DNA of 64,000 nt from Candidatus Krumholzibacteriales bacterium (GCA_046483305.1 JAWODM010000014.1:1-64000); one strand, 5' to 3'. Counted from the first letter of the stretch, positions 13,691-24,584 are shown. Notes: generated by a model not told the origin, from the sequence alone. Numbers and translations: made by a program.

Positions 13691-14800
13691 ATGAAAACGG
13701 CAATCAGCGGATATTCATTGTTCAGAAACACCTTCCTGCTGGCGTCTGTTTTACTGCTGCTCAGGTGCGCGGGCCCCGCTCAGAAGGAGCAAATACCGGC
13801 GGAACCTGTAACACAACCTGAGCCGGCCGCGCCGGAGGCTGATGACGCGGAGGTATCCCTGGTGCTGGCAAATCAGGCGGCAAGCAACGGCAACTATACT
13901 GAAGCTGCCCGGATCCTGGAGAATCAACTCGGCAGCACCCCGGAAAACATTGAAGTTCTCAGGCTCCTGGCTCAGGTTTATGCCGCCGCCGGCAGAGCGG
14001 GCAGATCTTCACAGATCTGGAAAAGGATCTATTCGCTGGACCGGGCCGACCCGGACGCCGCATACGAAGTAGCGTCCGGCATGGCGGAGAATGAAAACTG
14101 GCAGGGAGTAAGGGAATCGCTCCGCGAAGTTCAGGCGGCAGGAGAAGCCGACCAGAGGCATTACCTGATGCTGGGAGAAGCCAGCCTGAATCTGGGATTC
14201 AAGAGCAGCGCGGAGGAGTATCTCAAAAAGGCCGGGGGCCTGGAGAGGGCCGAAACCCTCCTTGGAGAACTGTATTATGGAAGAAGAAAATACTCCAGGG
14301 CGGAGAAAACATTCAGAGCGGTGCTGGAGAAGGATCCGGACAACTACTCGGCGAATCTTCATCTCGGTTATATAAATTACAGGAGAAAGGATTACCGTCC
14401 GGCGCTGAGGCATTACCGCCGCGCTGTCGAAGCGGCTCCCCGGAGCGCTCACGCCCGGCTCAGCCTGGCGGCTCTTTACCGGGCCATGGGCAAGGATGAC
14501 GCCGCGATAGAAACTTTCAGGAAAGGGCTGAATCTGCCCGGAGTCCCCCGCGACGAGGGCAGAAGAGCTTACAATACACTATGCCTTCTCCTGCTGAAAA
14601 ACGGCAGGTACGGAGAAACTATCCGAACCGCAGGAAAGGGGGCGGAAAAATATCCCGGCTCAGGAGGCCTGTACTATTACTGGGGAATCGCTCTCTATAA
14701 AACCGGCCGCCTTGCCGAAGCTAAAGCCAAGTTCAAAAAAGCGTCCCGGGACCCCCTCTGGAAAGATGAAGCCCTGAAGAAATTTCACGCCATAAGGTAA
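13691..14800 (+). CDS. Tetratricopeptide-repeat lipoprotein
   Basis: LLLLR-C lipobox-like signal followed by multiple TPR units (e.g. AETLLGELYY...DPDNYSANLHLGYINY). Confidence 0.85.
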   Translation: MKTAISGYSLFRNTFLLASVLLLLRCAGPAQKEQIPAEPVTQPEPAAPEADDAEVSLVLANQAASNGNYTEAARILENQLGSTPENIEVLRLLAQVYAAAGRAGRSSQIWKRIYSLDRADPDAAYEVASGMAENENWQGVRESLREVQAAGEADQRHYLMLGEASLNLGFKSSAEEYLKKAGGLERAETLLGELYYGRRKYSRAEKTFRAVLEKDPDNYSANLHLGYINYRRKDYRPALRHYRRAVEAAPRSAHARLSLAALYRAMGKDDAAIETFRKGLNLPGVPRDEGRRAYNTLCLLLLKNGRYGETIRTAGKGAEKYPGSGGLYYYWGIALYKTGRLAEAKAKFKKASRDPLWKDEALKKFHAIR

Positions 14801-14984
14801 CAATGTTTCCGGACCCGGATTTCTTCTCTGCAATACCGCCTTATTTTTCCGGTTCAGATTAATCCGGAGTGAATAAACCTTGTCTTTTTCTATTAAATCC
14901 CTGAACTCCGATAAATAAATTAACTTGAACTGGCGCCTGTTCAGTCGTATTCTTCCAGAAAGTCACTATGCCATTAATAATGCC

Positions 14985-16343
14985 ATGAACAAACTTGGAA
15001 TCTTATCCGTTTTAAGAAACAGGTGGATGGCCGGAGCGGTTATAGTTCTCGCCTTCACGGCGGTCTTTATCAACTGGTACTACTACAGGGAGATCAGGAA
15101 AAATCTGGACAGGGAGTTCGGTATCCGGCTCCGCTCCATCGCCTCACTGGTATCGGCAAATATCAGGGGCGAGTACCAGCCCGATTATTCCGATATGGGA
15201 ATTCCCGGGTTGAAGATTCCCGAAGCAGCCGAATCCTCTCTGCTGAATATCAAGTCCGGTTACGACCTTTCTAATATCATGATAATCCGGGAAGACGGCA
15301 GGGTAATGTACTCTCTGGAAAGCGGCATCATCGCCCCCGGCGAGGATTATCTCAACTGGAACATGGATTACCGTGAGATAGTAACCGCCCTGGAGGGAAA
15401 GGCGGCCTCCACCGAACTTATCAGGTCGCAATACGGAGGTTACATGAAGGCCGGATACGCACCCCTGGACGGGCCGGGAGAAAGATCAGCATTCGCTGTG
15501 GCGGTAGAAGCCAGCCCCTCCTTCCTCAAGAGCATGGAACAGTGGAAAACATCCCTGATGATAACTTCCCTGTTTCTTGCCGGGGGAATTCTCCTGTCGG
15601 TAATACTGATACTGAAATCGACTGATTCTCTGATAAAAGCGAGAGAGTCGCTGATGAGATCGGAAACCCTGGCCGCAATGGGCAGAATGACGGCGGTAAT
15701 TACTCACGAAATAAGAAATCCCCTATTCATTATAAGGAGCAGCGCCGAGAAACTGAAAGACACCCATCCGGAGGACTCGTCGGAAATAGACGAATTTATC
15801 ATCGATGAAGTGGACAGGCTGGACAGGACCCTCACTGAATACCTTTCATTCTCGAAGGGAGAAAAGAATAAGAGAAAAAGAACAGATCTGGCCCGGCTTC
15901 TCTCCCGCAGCATTAAATCTACCGAAGAAGCTCTTGGAGATAAGAATATCGAGATAAAAGCAGGCCCCATTACCTCCCCCGCCCCCTTTACCGGGGATGA
16001 AAAGAGGATACTCCAGGCATTTATGAACATCATGGTGAACAGCATTCAATCTCTGGAAGGCGAAGGAAGAGTCTGGGTCTCTCTGGAGAGAATGCCGGGT
16101 TTCTACAGAATATCATTCTCTGATAACGGCCCCGGAATCCCGGAGAAGCAGCAGGAAAAGGTTTTCGAGCCTTTTTATACCACCAGGGTCTCGGGGAGCG
16201 GCCTGGGACTTTCGGTGGTCAGGGAATGCGCCGAGGCCCACGGCGGATCGGTGAAGCTCAGCAGCAGACCGGGTTACGGAACGGTAATAACCATCAGTCT
16301 TCCCTTCAGTTCCGAAGATGAGTCAGGAGAACAAAATGAGTAA
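14985..16343 (+). CDS. Membrane sensor histidine kinase
   Basis: Two TM helices around a periplasmic domain. H-box THEIRNPL, N-box NIMVNSIQ, DNGPGI, FEPFYTT, GSGLGL. Start uncertain (14925 or 14985). Confidence 0.93.
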   Translation: MNKLGILSVLRNRWMAGAVIVLAFTAVFINWYYYREIRKNLDREFGIRLRSIASLVSANIRGEYQPDYSDMGIPGLKIPEAAESSLLNIKSGYDLSNIMIIREDGRVMYSLESGIIAPGEDYLNWNMDYREIVTALEGKAASTELIRSQYGGYMKAGYAPLDGPGERSAFAVAVEASPSFLKSMEQWKTSLMITSLFLAGGILLSVILILKSTDSLIKARESLMRSETLAAMGRMTAVITHEIRNPLFIIRSSAEKLKDTHPEDSSEIDEFIIDEVDRLDRTLTEYLSFSKGEKNKRKRTDLARLLSRSIKSTEEALGDKNIEIKAGPITSPAPFTGDEKRILQAFMNIMVNSIQSLEGEGRVWVSLERMPGFYRISFSDNGPGIPEKQQEKVFEPFYTTRVSGSGLGLSVVRECAEAHGGSVKLSSRPGYGTVITISLPFSSEDESGEQNE

Positions 16344-17691
16344 TGTTCTGATAGTCGACGATGAACAGAAGATACTGAAACTCCTTAAAGAGAGGATAGA
16401 GGCTGACAGCCACCGGGTTCAGACCAGCCTGAGCGGGACCGAAGCGCTCCGGAAGATAGAGGATGATCCTCCCGATATTATTCTCTGCGACCTGAAACTG
16501 GGGGATATGGAGGGGATCGATCTTCTCAGGCAGATAAAAAAGAAATACCCGGGAATCGAATTCATTATAATGACTGCCTACGCGAGTACCAGAACAGCTG
16601 TCACCGCCATGAAAGAAGGAGCCTACGAATACCTGACCAAGCCCTTTCAGATGGAAGAGGTCCGGCTTCTGATTTCCAGGATAGAGGAACGGCAGAACCT
16701 GATATCAGAAAACAGGGCCCTCAGGGAAAAGACGTCACTGGAGTCATCCGCCGAGCGGATGATCGGAGTATCGGATGGAATAAAAGAGGTAAAGGAAAGG
16801 ATCAGGAAGGTAGCCCCCACCGGCACGCCGGTCCTTATCCAGGGCGAGAGCGGAACGGGAAAAGAGATAGCAGCGGAGCTGATCCACTCCAACAGCCCCA
16901 GGGCCGCGAAACCCTTTATCGCTATCAACTGCGCGGCGGTCCCGGCGACACTTCTTGAATCGGAACTTTTCGGATATGAAAAAGGGGCCTTCACCGGCGC
17001 AGACGGCAGAAAGCCGGGGCTTTTCAAACTTGCTCACGCCGGAACCCTGTTTCTGGACGAAATAGGCGATATGCCCCCCCAGCTTCAGGCAAAACTGCTC
17101 AGGGTCCTTGAAAACGGAGAGATACTTCCGGTAGGCGGTTCCAGCACTGTAAAAATTGATGTCAGAATAGTCGCAGCCACCAACCAGGACCTGATTCAGA
17201 TGCAGAAGAATGAAGAATTCAGGCAAGATCTCCTCTACAGACTGAACGTATTCCCTATTACCATCCCTCCCCTGCGGCTGAGAAAATCGGATATTCCCAT
17301 GCTGGCTGTTCACTTCCTGGAACAGCTGGGGAAACCTGTACAGAGCCTAGCACCGGAGATAGAAAAGCTGCTTGCCGGCTATCACTGGCCCGGGAATGTA
17401 AGGGAATTGAAGAATGTGCTGGAAAGAGCCGTGATACTGGCCGGCCCGGAGGAGATTTCCGGGAAGCATATACAGTTCTCCGAACCTCAGGCAGCTTTAT
17501 CTCCCGAATCGTGCCTGGATTCGCTTATCGGGGACCGTTCAATGGATGAGATAGAGGCAATGCTGATCAGAAAAGCTATAAATAAGACAGGCGGAAATAA
17601 ATCAAGGGCGGCCGAACTTCTCGGTATTACCAGGAGGGTTCTATACGGCAAACTGGATAAATACGGTATAGAGGCCGATGAAACAGGGTAA
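16336..17691 (+). CDS. Sigma54-dependent NtrC-family response regulator
   Basis: REC domain (VDDE, CDLKL), AAA+ GESGTGKE, GAFTGA, LFLDEIG, WPGNVREL, and Fis-type HTH. RBS AGGAGA before ATG 16336; overlaps the kinase stop. Confidence 0.96.
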   Translation: MSNVLIVDDEQKILKLLKERIEADSHRVQTSLSGTEALRKIEDDPPDIILCDLKLGDMEGIDLLRQIKKKYPGIEFIIMTAYASTRTAVTAMKEGAYEYLTKPFQMEEVRLLISRIEERQNLISENRALREKTSLESSAERMIGVSDGIKEVKERIRKVAPTGTPVLIQGESGTGKEIAAELIHSNSPRAAKPFIAINCAAVPATLLESELFGYEKGAFTGADGRKPGLFKLAHAGTLFLDEIGDMPPQLQAKLLRVLENGEILPVGGSSTVKIDVRIVAATNQDLIQMQKNEEFRQDLLYRLNVFPITIPPLRLRKSDIPMLAVHFLEQLGKPVQSLAPEIEKLLAGYHWPGNVRELKNVLERAVILAGPEEISGKHIQFSEPQAALSPESCLDSLIGDRSMDEIEAMLIRKAINKTGGNKSRAAELLGITRRVLYGKLDKYGIEADETG

Positions 17692-17719
17692 CAGGGATCA
17701 GGGCCTCAGGGCCATCGAA

Positions 17720-17849
17720 ATGTACGGTGAGGTGCACCCGGAATGAACCATCAGGTACATATTTTGTTCCCATGCATTTCTGTTGATCCGATAAGTTATT
17801 AATTAATAAACTCTTATACCTCGGCAGCAGGGGTGGCACACCTCTTGCC
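17720..17849 (+). promoter_or_regulatory. Sigma54 (-24/-12) promoter with candidate upstream activator site
   Basis: TGGCAC-ACCTC-TTGC at 17834-17848 fits consensus spacing exactly. Imperfect inverted repeat ATGTAC..GGTGCA/TGAACC..GTACAT at 17720-17760, with an AT-rich IHF-like tract between them. Confidence 0.8.
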
Positions 17850-17878
17850 CTCTGAATTGGGCGTCAAAGGAGAATGAA

Positions 17879-19144
17879 ATGAATACCATGAAGAAAATAA
17901 TATACCTTATCCCTCTGATTGTACTTATAACCTGCTTTAATAATGCGGCCGCCCAGTATTCTGACAGGGAGAAAACAGAAACGGCCCTGAGGTGGACCGA
18001 ACAGATTATAGAGCAGGCCAGAGAAGCGGTGAGAAACAGCCGGAGCCTCAAGGCCCGGGTTACCCTGGAAAAAGCTGTCGAATTACAGAAAAGAGCGCGC
18101 GAGCGAGCCGGCGATTTCTCCAGCAAAGCGGCCAATCTGGCAGCTTACAACTTCACCAGGGCGGCCAGGGACGAAGCGAAACACGCCATCGCTCTTGCCA
18201 GAACAGAGAACAGGCTGGCTGAGAAAGCCCGCAGGTTATTCGAGAGAACCGGCGAGAGGCTGAGCTCGCTTAACAGAAGTGTTACAGAATCCGGAATAAG
18301 GGATATGAGAATACAGAAATTCATTCTCGATGCCAGGTCCATACTTGAAAAAGCCCACACCAATTACTCTCAGATGAACAACCGCTCCGCTCTCAAACTG
18401 GCAGAAAAAGCCAATAGCCTCGCCGAGCATGCGGACAGAAGATTCCGCCGCCTGAACCAACTCAGAAATACCTGCCGGCGGAGGATAAATATTCTGGAGA
18501 GGCTTACCGGACGGGCCTCCAGGTTTGTAGAGAATAACGGAGACCAGCAGTCCAGAAAACAATTGGCTACCGCGGCCAGGCAGCTGGAAAGAGCCAGAGA
18601 CCATTTCAGAGAGGGACGCTATCAGGCCTGCAGCTCCTCCATCAGCCAGAGCGAGAAGTTAATGCGGGGATTGATAAGAAGGATCCATCCCTCCGAAGAG
18701 CAGGGTTTTGAATCAGCGCTGGACAGAGCATGGCTCAGGCTGGAGATGGCTGAGGAGAAGAATGAGGATTCCAGGGCCGGCATACGGCTGCTTAACCGCG
18801 CGCGCCAGATGCTGGAAGAAGCGGAAGACAATTATCAGAACGGCCGGCTGGAAAATGCGCGCAGATTGCTGGAGCGTTCCATGGAGATGATCAGAAATAC
18901 CGGGCAGAAAGAGCTTTCGGAAGAGCAGCTTTACGGGGAACTGAGGAAACTGGAAGCCAGGAATGAGATGATGAAGGGCCTGGTAAACAGATGCGGCACC
19001 GAGGAAAGCCGGACTCTGTACCAGCGGGCCCTCGAACACATGAATAGAGCCCGGGCCCTGATAGGTGAGGGGAAATTAAATGCCGCCTTTTCAGAGATAC
19101 AGTTGACCAGGAATATTTTCAATCGTATTTCGGAGATATGCTGA
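17879..19144 (+). CDS. Hypothetical exported all-alpha-helical, Arg/Glu/Ala-rich protein
   Basis: Signal peptide ending AAA-Q. Repeated helical units of the type L..A...L..A......G....A. RBS AAGGAG. Confidence 0.8.
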   Translation: MNTMKKIIYLIPLIVLITCFNNAAAQYSDREKTETALRWTEQIIEQAREAVRNSRSLKARVTLEKAVELQKRARERAGDFSSKAANLAAYNFTRAARDEAKHAIALARTENRLAEKARRLFERTGERLSSLNRSVTESGIRDMRIQKFILDARSILEKAHTNYSQMNNRSALKLAEKANSLAEHADRRFRRLNQLRNTCRRRINILERLTGRASRFVENNGDQQSRKQLATAARQLERARDHFREGRYQACSSSISQSEKLMRGLIRRIHPSEEQGFESALDRAWLRLEMAEEKNEDSRAGIRLLNRARQMLEEAEDNYQNGRLENARRLLERSMEMIRNTGQKELSEEQLYGELRKLEARNEMMKGLVNRCGTEESRTLYQRALEHMNRARALIGEGKLNAAFSEIQLTRNIFNRISEIC

Positions 19145-19389
19145 CGAGAGTTCTCCTCTTTCCGGACAACTGCATAACCTGAATCCGCCAGCACGGAGAG
19201 GGGGGAAACAGCGCCACCCGCTCCAAAACCCCTGATGAATTGTTAATGGATCAGCGGCATGTCAGATGTTCGGTTATGACAGCCCCGATCAAACCGGTTG
19301 TGATTGAAGACAAATAATTTTATCTTGAATCAGACACTCCCGGCATGCTTGAATCGGTCCGTAACATTAGTGATTCCGGAGAAGAGTAA

Positions 19390-20652
19390 TTGAACGGCAA
19401 CAAACCAGTCTCCAGTTATAAGAGAATAATTATCCTGGCCGGTTCGGCTTTGATTCTTACAGCCGTTTCCGCCCCGGGCTCTGTCGTCGCAGGCAGGCTC
19501 GATACCAGGATAAGTTCCGGATACGATTCATTCATAGACCGGTATACCGTCCTGGAAGACGATACCACCGAATCATTCAGCGAATATTACATTAATATTA
19601 CAAATAAGCTCGCGGGGGGAATAAAGGGAATAAATTCAACCTTCAGAAACTCTCTGAAGTTCGGAAATCAGACCTTGGACGAAAGATTAAGATTGGGCCT
19701 GGAGTTCGGCAGCCTCAGCTCTATTGAGGCCAGGCTGGAAACCGATTTCTTCCTGAAGCATTTCAGGGAGGGCAGCGACTACGTCTACAGCAATAACTAC
19801 AGGCAGATAAATACCGGCTTGAAATTGAGCAGAAGGATCTCAGAAAATCTCAGAATACGCTCCAGAACCAGATTCGAGGTGATAGATTACGATGACCATA
19901 CCTCCTTCGATTACGATTACAACTATATCGATACCGGAATAGAGTGCGACGCCGGATCAATACTGGGAAATACTTTCAGGGCGGCAGCCGCTTTCGGAGT
20001 ATGCGAATCCCCCGATACCACCGAACTTAATTACCACAGGAGTATTATTCAGGCAAGCGCTTACCTGGGCAGCTGGGCCGGGAGCGGCCTGGACATAACA
20101 GTCTCCGCGGACCGGAGGTCCTATCAGGGTGATTCAAGGCCGTCATCCTGGCTGATTCTGTCCTACTCCAATATCTCTGTCAAGAAAACCGAAGAGATAG
20201 AGTTCGGATTCACACTGGACGGAGAATCATATCTCTACGATTCAACCAGCCAGCTTTATTTCGATACCTATTTTATAAGAGGAGGGGTTGAAATATCCCT
20301 GCCGTTACGGGAAGACAGCGAACTCTCATTTCAGCCCAGATATGCCAGGATGCTGTGCCCTGACCTTGAGGACGAACGTTACAGCGAATATTCGATGGCA
20401 GTCTCCTATAACTTCATGCATGGAATCAAGTACTGGTTCACCTTAAGCTATGAGCCGGGATACCGGCGATACCTGGTAGAGGATATATACTCGAACTTCT
20501 ATTTTAACCGGGTTTCACTGATGGGAAGCTTCACCATCTACAGGAACATCAGCGCCGATCTGTTTCTCATGCACGACCCCGAAAAACACAGCAGGCGCAG
20601 AGACGATTTCTCCATCACCCTTATATCAGCCACCATTTCGTTGAGTTTCTGA
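19390..20652 (+). CDS. Putative outer-membrane beta-barrel protein
   Basis: Signal-like N-terminus, Tyr/Ser/Asp-rich alternating beta strands, C-terminal ISLSF. TTG start after GGAGA. Confidence 0.7.
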   Translation: MNGNKPVSSYKRIIILAGSALILTAVSAPGSVVAGRLDTRISSGYDSFIDRYTVLEDDTTESFSEYYINITNKLAGGIKGINSTFRNSLKFGNQTLDERLRLGLEFGSLSSIEARLETDFFLKHFREGSDYVYSNNYRQINTGLKLSRRISENLRIRSRTRFEVIDYDDHTSFDYDYNYIDTGIECDAGSILGNTFRAAAAFGVCESPDTTELNYHRSIIQASAYLGSWAGSGLDITVSADRRSYQGDSRPSSWLILSYSNISVKKTEEIEFGFTLDGESYLYDSTSQLYFDTYFIRGGVEISLPLREDSELSFQPRYARMLCPDLEDERYSEYSMAVSYNFMHGIKYWFTLSYEPGYRRYLVEDIYSNFYFNRVSLMGSFTIYRNISADLFLMHDPEKHSRRRDDFSITLISATISLSF

Positions 20653-20665
20653 AAACCGGGTTATC

Positions 20666-22669
20666 TCAGGAAGCCTCTTCTCCATCTTCGCCGCTCCGGT
20701 TCGCCTGAAGAAGGACCTCGGCAATATCCCTGACATTTACATCCCCCTCATCCCCGGCCTTCAGCCCGTCCTCGAACATGGTCATGCAGAAGGGGCAGGC
20801 GGTGAATATCTGATCCACGCCCTTACCGAGAGCTTCGTCCACCCTGTTCTCGTTTATTCTTTCCCCGATGGTCTCTTCCAGCCACATCCTTCCACCTCCC
20901 GCCCCGCAGCAGAAGCTCCTCTTTCCTTTCCTGTCGAATTCCTTCAACTCCATACCCTCAATCGAGTTCAGGAGAGCCCTGGGCTGATCGATGATATCAT
21001 TATATCTGCCCAGGTAGCAGGAATCATGATAAATACCCCTGGCGCTTCCGGCCTTCGCCGGTTTCAGTTTCCCTTCCCGGACAAGCTCGAGAAGAAACTC
21101 GGAATGATGAACCACCGGGACTTCCAGCCCAAACTGGGGATATTCAGCCTTCAGGGCGTTGTAGCCGTGGGGACAGGGAGTTACTATCCTGTTGAACTCA
21201 TACTTTCTGAGGGTTTCGATGTTTGAATCTATCAGCATCTGAGCCAGATATTCATTACCCATTCTTCTGGCTGAATCACCGCAGCATTTTTCCTCGGTGC
21301 CCAGTATGGCAAAATCAACTCCGGCTCTGTTCATCAGCTCCACCATCGCTCTGGCTACTTCCTTGCCCCGGTCATCGAAAGACCCGGCGCATCCGACCCA
21401 GTACAGAACATCAAAGCTGTTCTTCTCGGAGGCAAGTGGGACATCCAGCCCCTCCGCCCAGTTCGCCCGGTCGGCGTAACCGAAGGCCCACGGATTATAA
21501 TTAACCTCCATATTCCTGAACACCGGCTGGGCTTCCTGAGGAAAAGATGCCTCGGTCAATACGAAATACCTTCTCAGATCCACGATCGCCTGGACATGCT
21601 CTATGAAGGGAGGGCACTCCTGCACGCAGGCGCCGCAGGTGGTGCATGCCCACATCGAATCATCCGATACTACCTCCGGAACAATCTGCTTCTCCTGGTA
21701 ATCCTCTTCCGAAAGCAGCGGTTTCATTTCCTCCATGAAATGTCCCCTGAGATAATGTATTACCCTGAACGGGCTGAGAGGTTTATCCGTCAGGTATGCC
21801 GGGCAGGCCGCCTGGCACCTGCCGCACTCAGTGCATGCGTATAGATCCAGCAACTGCTTCCATGTAAAATCGGTTATTGCCGATTTCCCGAATTTCTCAG
21901 CGGTCTCGTCCTCAAAGTCCATCCTCCTCAGGGTGCCCGGATGGCCCAGCTTTCTCAGGAACACGTTCGGTATGGCGCCGAGAATATGTATATGCTTGGA
22001 AAACGGGATATAGATCAGAAAGAAGAAGATAATAACGTGATGGGCCCAGGCAAACACCGCCTCGGAAGTTTCCACATCTGATATTCTGCCCTCGATGATC
22101 CCGGCGGCGTAAGCGGAAACCGGGGCATATCCCGGATCCACCTGCCCCATGATAATACCGGCCCCCTTCATTCCGTACATCAGAACAATCAGGATAAAAA
22201 TAAGGGACAGAATGAAGGTGGCGTCAATTTTGACCTTCGGATCGTCCATCTCCAGCCTGACCGGCTTTAGAACGAACCGGCGGAACACCGAAACCACTAT
22301 GGCAATAAGAACCATAAAGGCGAATATATCCTGGCAGAAGGAGATTACCCCGGCCACCCCGCTCCCGAATACAGCCCTGTAACTGAAGCCGGTTATAATC
22401 ATCCCAAGAATGTGTTCGATGGTCCCCAGAGTGATGAAAATGAATCCCCAGAAAATAACGAAATGCCCCAGGCCGGCAGGCTGCGAGAGCACCCTGGCCT
22501 GGCCTGCCACGAATACCAGAACCGACTTGATCCGCTCGCCTATATTATCGAGCCTGCCCTCTTCCGGTTTTCCCAGCATCAGCCCCTTCACCAGCCTGCG
22601 GACAACCAGGAAAAAAACAGCCAGCACGGATAAAAGGAGGGTCAGCATTATTATACCTTGAACATCCAT
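20666..22669 (-). CDS. Membrane-bound Fe-S oxidoreductase (FadF / ETF:quinone oxidoreductase-like; TM heme-b domain + 2x[4Fe-4S] + 2 CCG domains)
   Basis: TM region with His residues (GHFVIFWG, WAHH, SKHIH). CTECGRCQAACP, CTTCGACVQECP, EKCCG, TPCPH, YHDSCYLGR, FCCGAGGG, TACPFC. Confidence 0.92.
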   Translation of the reverse strand: MDVQGIIMLTLLLSVLAVFFLVVRRLVKGLMLGKPEEGRLDNIGERIKSVLVFVAGQARVLSQPAGLGHFVIFWGFIFITLGTIEHILGMIITGFSYRAVFGSGVAGVISFCQDIFAFMVLIAIVVSVFRRFVLKPVRLEMDDPKVKIDATFILSLIFILIVLMYGMKGAGIIMGQVDPGYAPVSAYAAGIIEGRISDVETSEAVFAWAHHVIIFFFLIYIPFSKHIHILGAIPNVFLRKLGHPGTLRRMDFEDETAEKFGKSAITDFTWKQLLDLYACTECGRCQAACPAYLTDKPLSPFRVIHYLRGHFMEEMKPLLSEEDYQEKQIVPEVVSDDSMWACTTCGACVQECPPFIEHVQAIVDLRRYFVLTEASFPQEAQPVFRNMEVNYNPWAFGYADRANWAEGLDVPLASEKNSFDVLYWVGCAGSFDDRGKEVARAMVELMNRAGVDFAILGTEEKCCGDSARRMGNEYLAQMLIDSNIETLRKYEFNRIVTPCPHGYNALKAEYPQFGLEVPVVHHSEFLLELVREGKLKPAKAGSARGIYHDSCYLGRYNDIIDQPRALLNSIEGMELKEFDRKGKRSFCCGAGGGRMWLEETIGERINENRVDEALGKGVDQIFTACPFCMTMFEDGLKAGDEGDVNVRDIAEVLLQANRSGEDGEEAS

Positions 22670-22763
22670 ATAATCTCCCTTTCCAGACCATCACCAGGGC
22701 ACCGCGCCATCATATCTCCAGCCGCCTGATGCCCTGCCAGGCAGGTTTCCACGATTAAATCAG

Positions 22764-23738
22764 CTACATCATCTTTCTTATCTCTTCGGTAAGTGCGGGG
22801 ACCACATCAAAGAGATCACCAACTATTCCGTAATGCGCCTTCTCGAAAATCGGAGCGTTAGGATCCTTATTAATGGCTACAATAACCTTGGAGGTGCGCA
22901 TACCGGCCAGATGCTGAATCGCTCCTGAAATACCGCAGGCTATATAGAGTTTGGGGTTAACAATCTTTCCGGTCTGGCCGACCTGAATAGAGTTGGGCGC
23001 ATAACCGGCATCCACAGCGGCCCTGGAAGCTCCGACAGAACCTCCCAGCAGATCGGCAAGCTCTCCCAGGATCTCGAAGTTCTTCTCTTCCTTCATAGCC
23101 CTTCCCCCGGAAATTATAACGTCAGCCTCCGTTATATCCGGCCTTCCTTCCGCGGTTGGAACTATTTCAGTAACTATGGCCCTGATCAGATCATCGCTGA
23201 CCTCATAATCCATGGTTACCACTTCCGGTTCGCCGCCGGATGGCTCCGCCGGGGGCATATTATTTGGCCTGACTGTAATAAAAACAGGGGTGTCGCTGCC
23301 TGCTCCCTCTACTTCCACGTATAGTTTCCCCGAATAAACCGGCCTCCTGGCCACGCATTTGCCATCCTCCCATTTCACATCCACACAGTCGCTGAAAACC
23401 ACCCCGTCAACCATTGAAGCAATCCTTGGACACAGATCCCTGCCCATGGATGTTGCCGGGAAGAAAATGTGCCTGTACCCTGAATCAGACAGGAGATTCT
23501 TCAGAACCTCAGCGTAACCCTCCGTGGAATATCCCTTATCGGTTTCAATACAGAAGATCTTGCCGAATCCAAGGTCTTTTATTTCATTTGCGGCGCCGGA
23601 AGCCTCTTTGCCTATCAGAACCGCGTCAACCGCTCCGCCGGTCTCGCTGACAACCTTGCGGGCGGCTGTAGCAAGCTCTTTTACTGTCTTCTTTAATTTT
23701 CCTTCTCTTATCTCGCCAAAAACCAGAGCATCAGACAT
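22764..23738 (-). CDS. etfA: Electron transfer flavoprotein alpha subunit
   Basis: ISGGR, VGASRAAVD, QVGQTGK, GISGAIQHLAGM, AINKD. Confidence 0.97.
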   Translation of the reverse strand: MSDALVFGEIREGKLKKTVKELATAARKVVSETGGAVDAVLIGKEASGAANEIKDLGFGKIFCIETDKGYSTEGYAEVLKNLLSDSGYRHIFFPATSMGRDLCPRIASMVDGVVFSDCVDVKWEDGKCVARRPVYSGKLYVEVEGAGSDTPVFITVRPNNMPPAEPSGGEPEVVTMDYEVSDDLIRAIVTEIVPTAEGRPDITEADVIISGGRAMKEEKNFEILGELADLLGGSVGASRAAVDAGYAPNSIQVGQTGKIVNPKLYIACGISGAIQHLAGMRTSKVIVAINKDPNAPIFEKAHYGIVGDLFDVVPALTEEIRKMM

Positions 23739-23765
23739 TATACCATTCCTCCTGAATAACCATAT

Positions 23766-24548
23766 CTATATTACCTTAGCTTCTTCTCTCAGTAATCTCG
23801 CCAGCTCCTTCACCTTGTCGGACGTTTCCTCGCCTTCTATTATCGTGCACTCGCCGCTCTTCGGAAGGGGAAGCCACCTGAGAATCCTGATATCCTTCTC
23901 AATGCCCTCCGCGCCTATATCATCAGCCGTAATTCTGGCGATCTCCTTTTTCTTCGCTTTCATAATTCCCGGAAGCGAGGCGTAGCGAGGTTCATTCAAA
24001 CCCTTTTCGCAGGAAACCAGAGCCGGCAGCCTGGCCTCCACCTTCTCATTGCCCCCCTCAATTCTTCTCTCCAGGGTTATGGTGGCATTATCATCGCTGA
24101 TCTCAAATCCGGTCACCACGTTGACCTGGGGTATATCCAGTATCTGCGCAAGGTAGGCCTGGGTCTGCCCCCTGTCATAATCGATCCCCTGTTTTCCGCA
24201 GAAGATTATATCGAACCCGTTATCCCTGATCACCTTTGCCAGCGCGCCGGCCGCATCGGCAGGATCGGCATCCTCCAGGCTGGGGTCAGATATATGAATC
24301 GCCTTGTCCGCGCCCATGGCAAGGGCGGTGCGGATAACCTCGGTGGATTCTTCAGGCCCCATGCATACGGCTGTCACCGTGCTTCCCGGCACCTTTTCCT
24401 TTAATTTCAGCCCCTCCTCTATACCATATTCATCATAGGGGTTTATTATGTACTTTATTCCTTCTTCGCGGATACCGTCGCCTTCGCTGTTTATGAGTAT
24501 CTTTGCCTCGGTATCCGGAACACGTTTTAATAGAACTATAATCTCCAA
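23766..24548 (-). CDS. etfB: Electron transfer flavoprotein beta subunit
   Basis: KRVPDT, INPYDEYGIEE, ALAMGAD, CGKQGID, NEPRYASL. TTG start with RBS GGAGG. Confidence 0.96.
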   Translation of the reverse strand: MEIIVLLKRVPDTEAKILINSEGDGIREEGIKYIINPYDEYGIEEGLKLKEKVPGSTVTAVCMGPEESTEVIRTALAMGADKAIHISDPSLEDADPADAAGALAKVIRDNGFDIIFCGKQGIDYDRGQTQAYLAQILDIPQVNVVTGFEISDDNATITLERRIEGGNEKVEARLPALVSCEKGLNEPRYASLPGIMKAKKKEIARITADDIGAEGIEKDIRILRWLPLPKSGECTIIEGEETSDKVKELARLLREEAKVI

Positions 24549-24584
24549 TGTATCCTCCTTCCGAGGGATAGATCGATCTGATAT

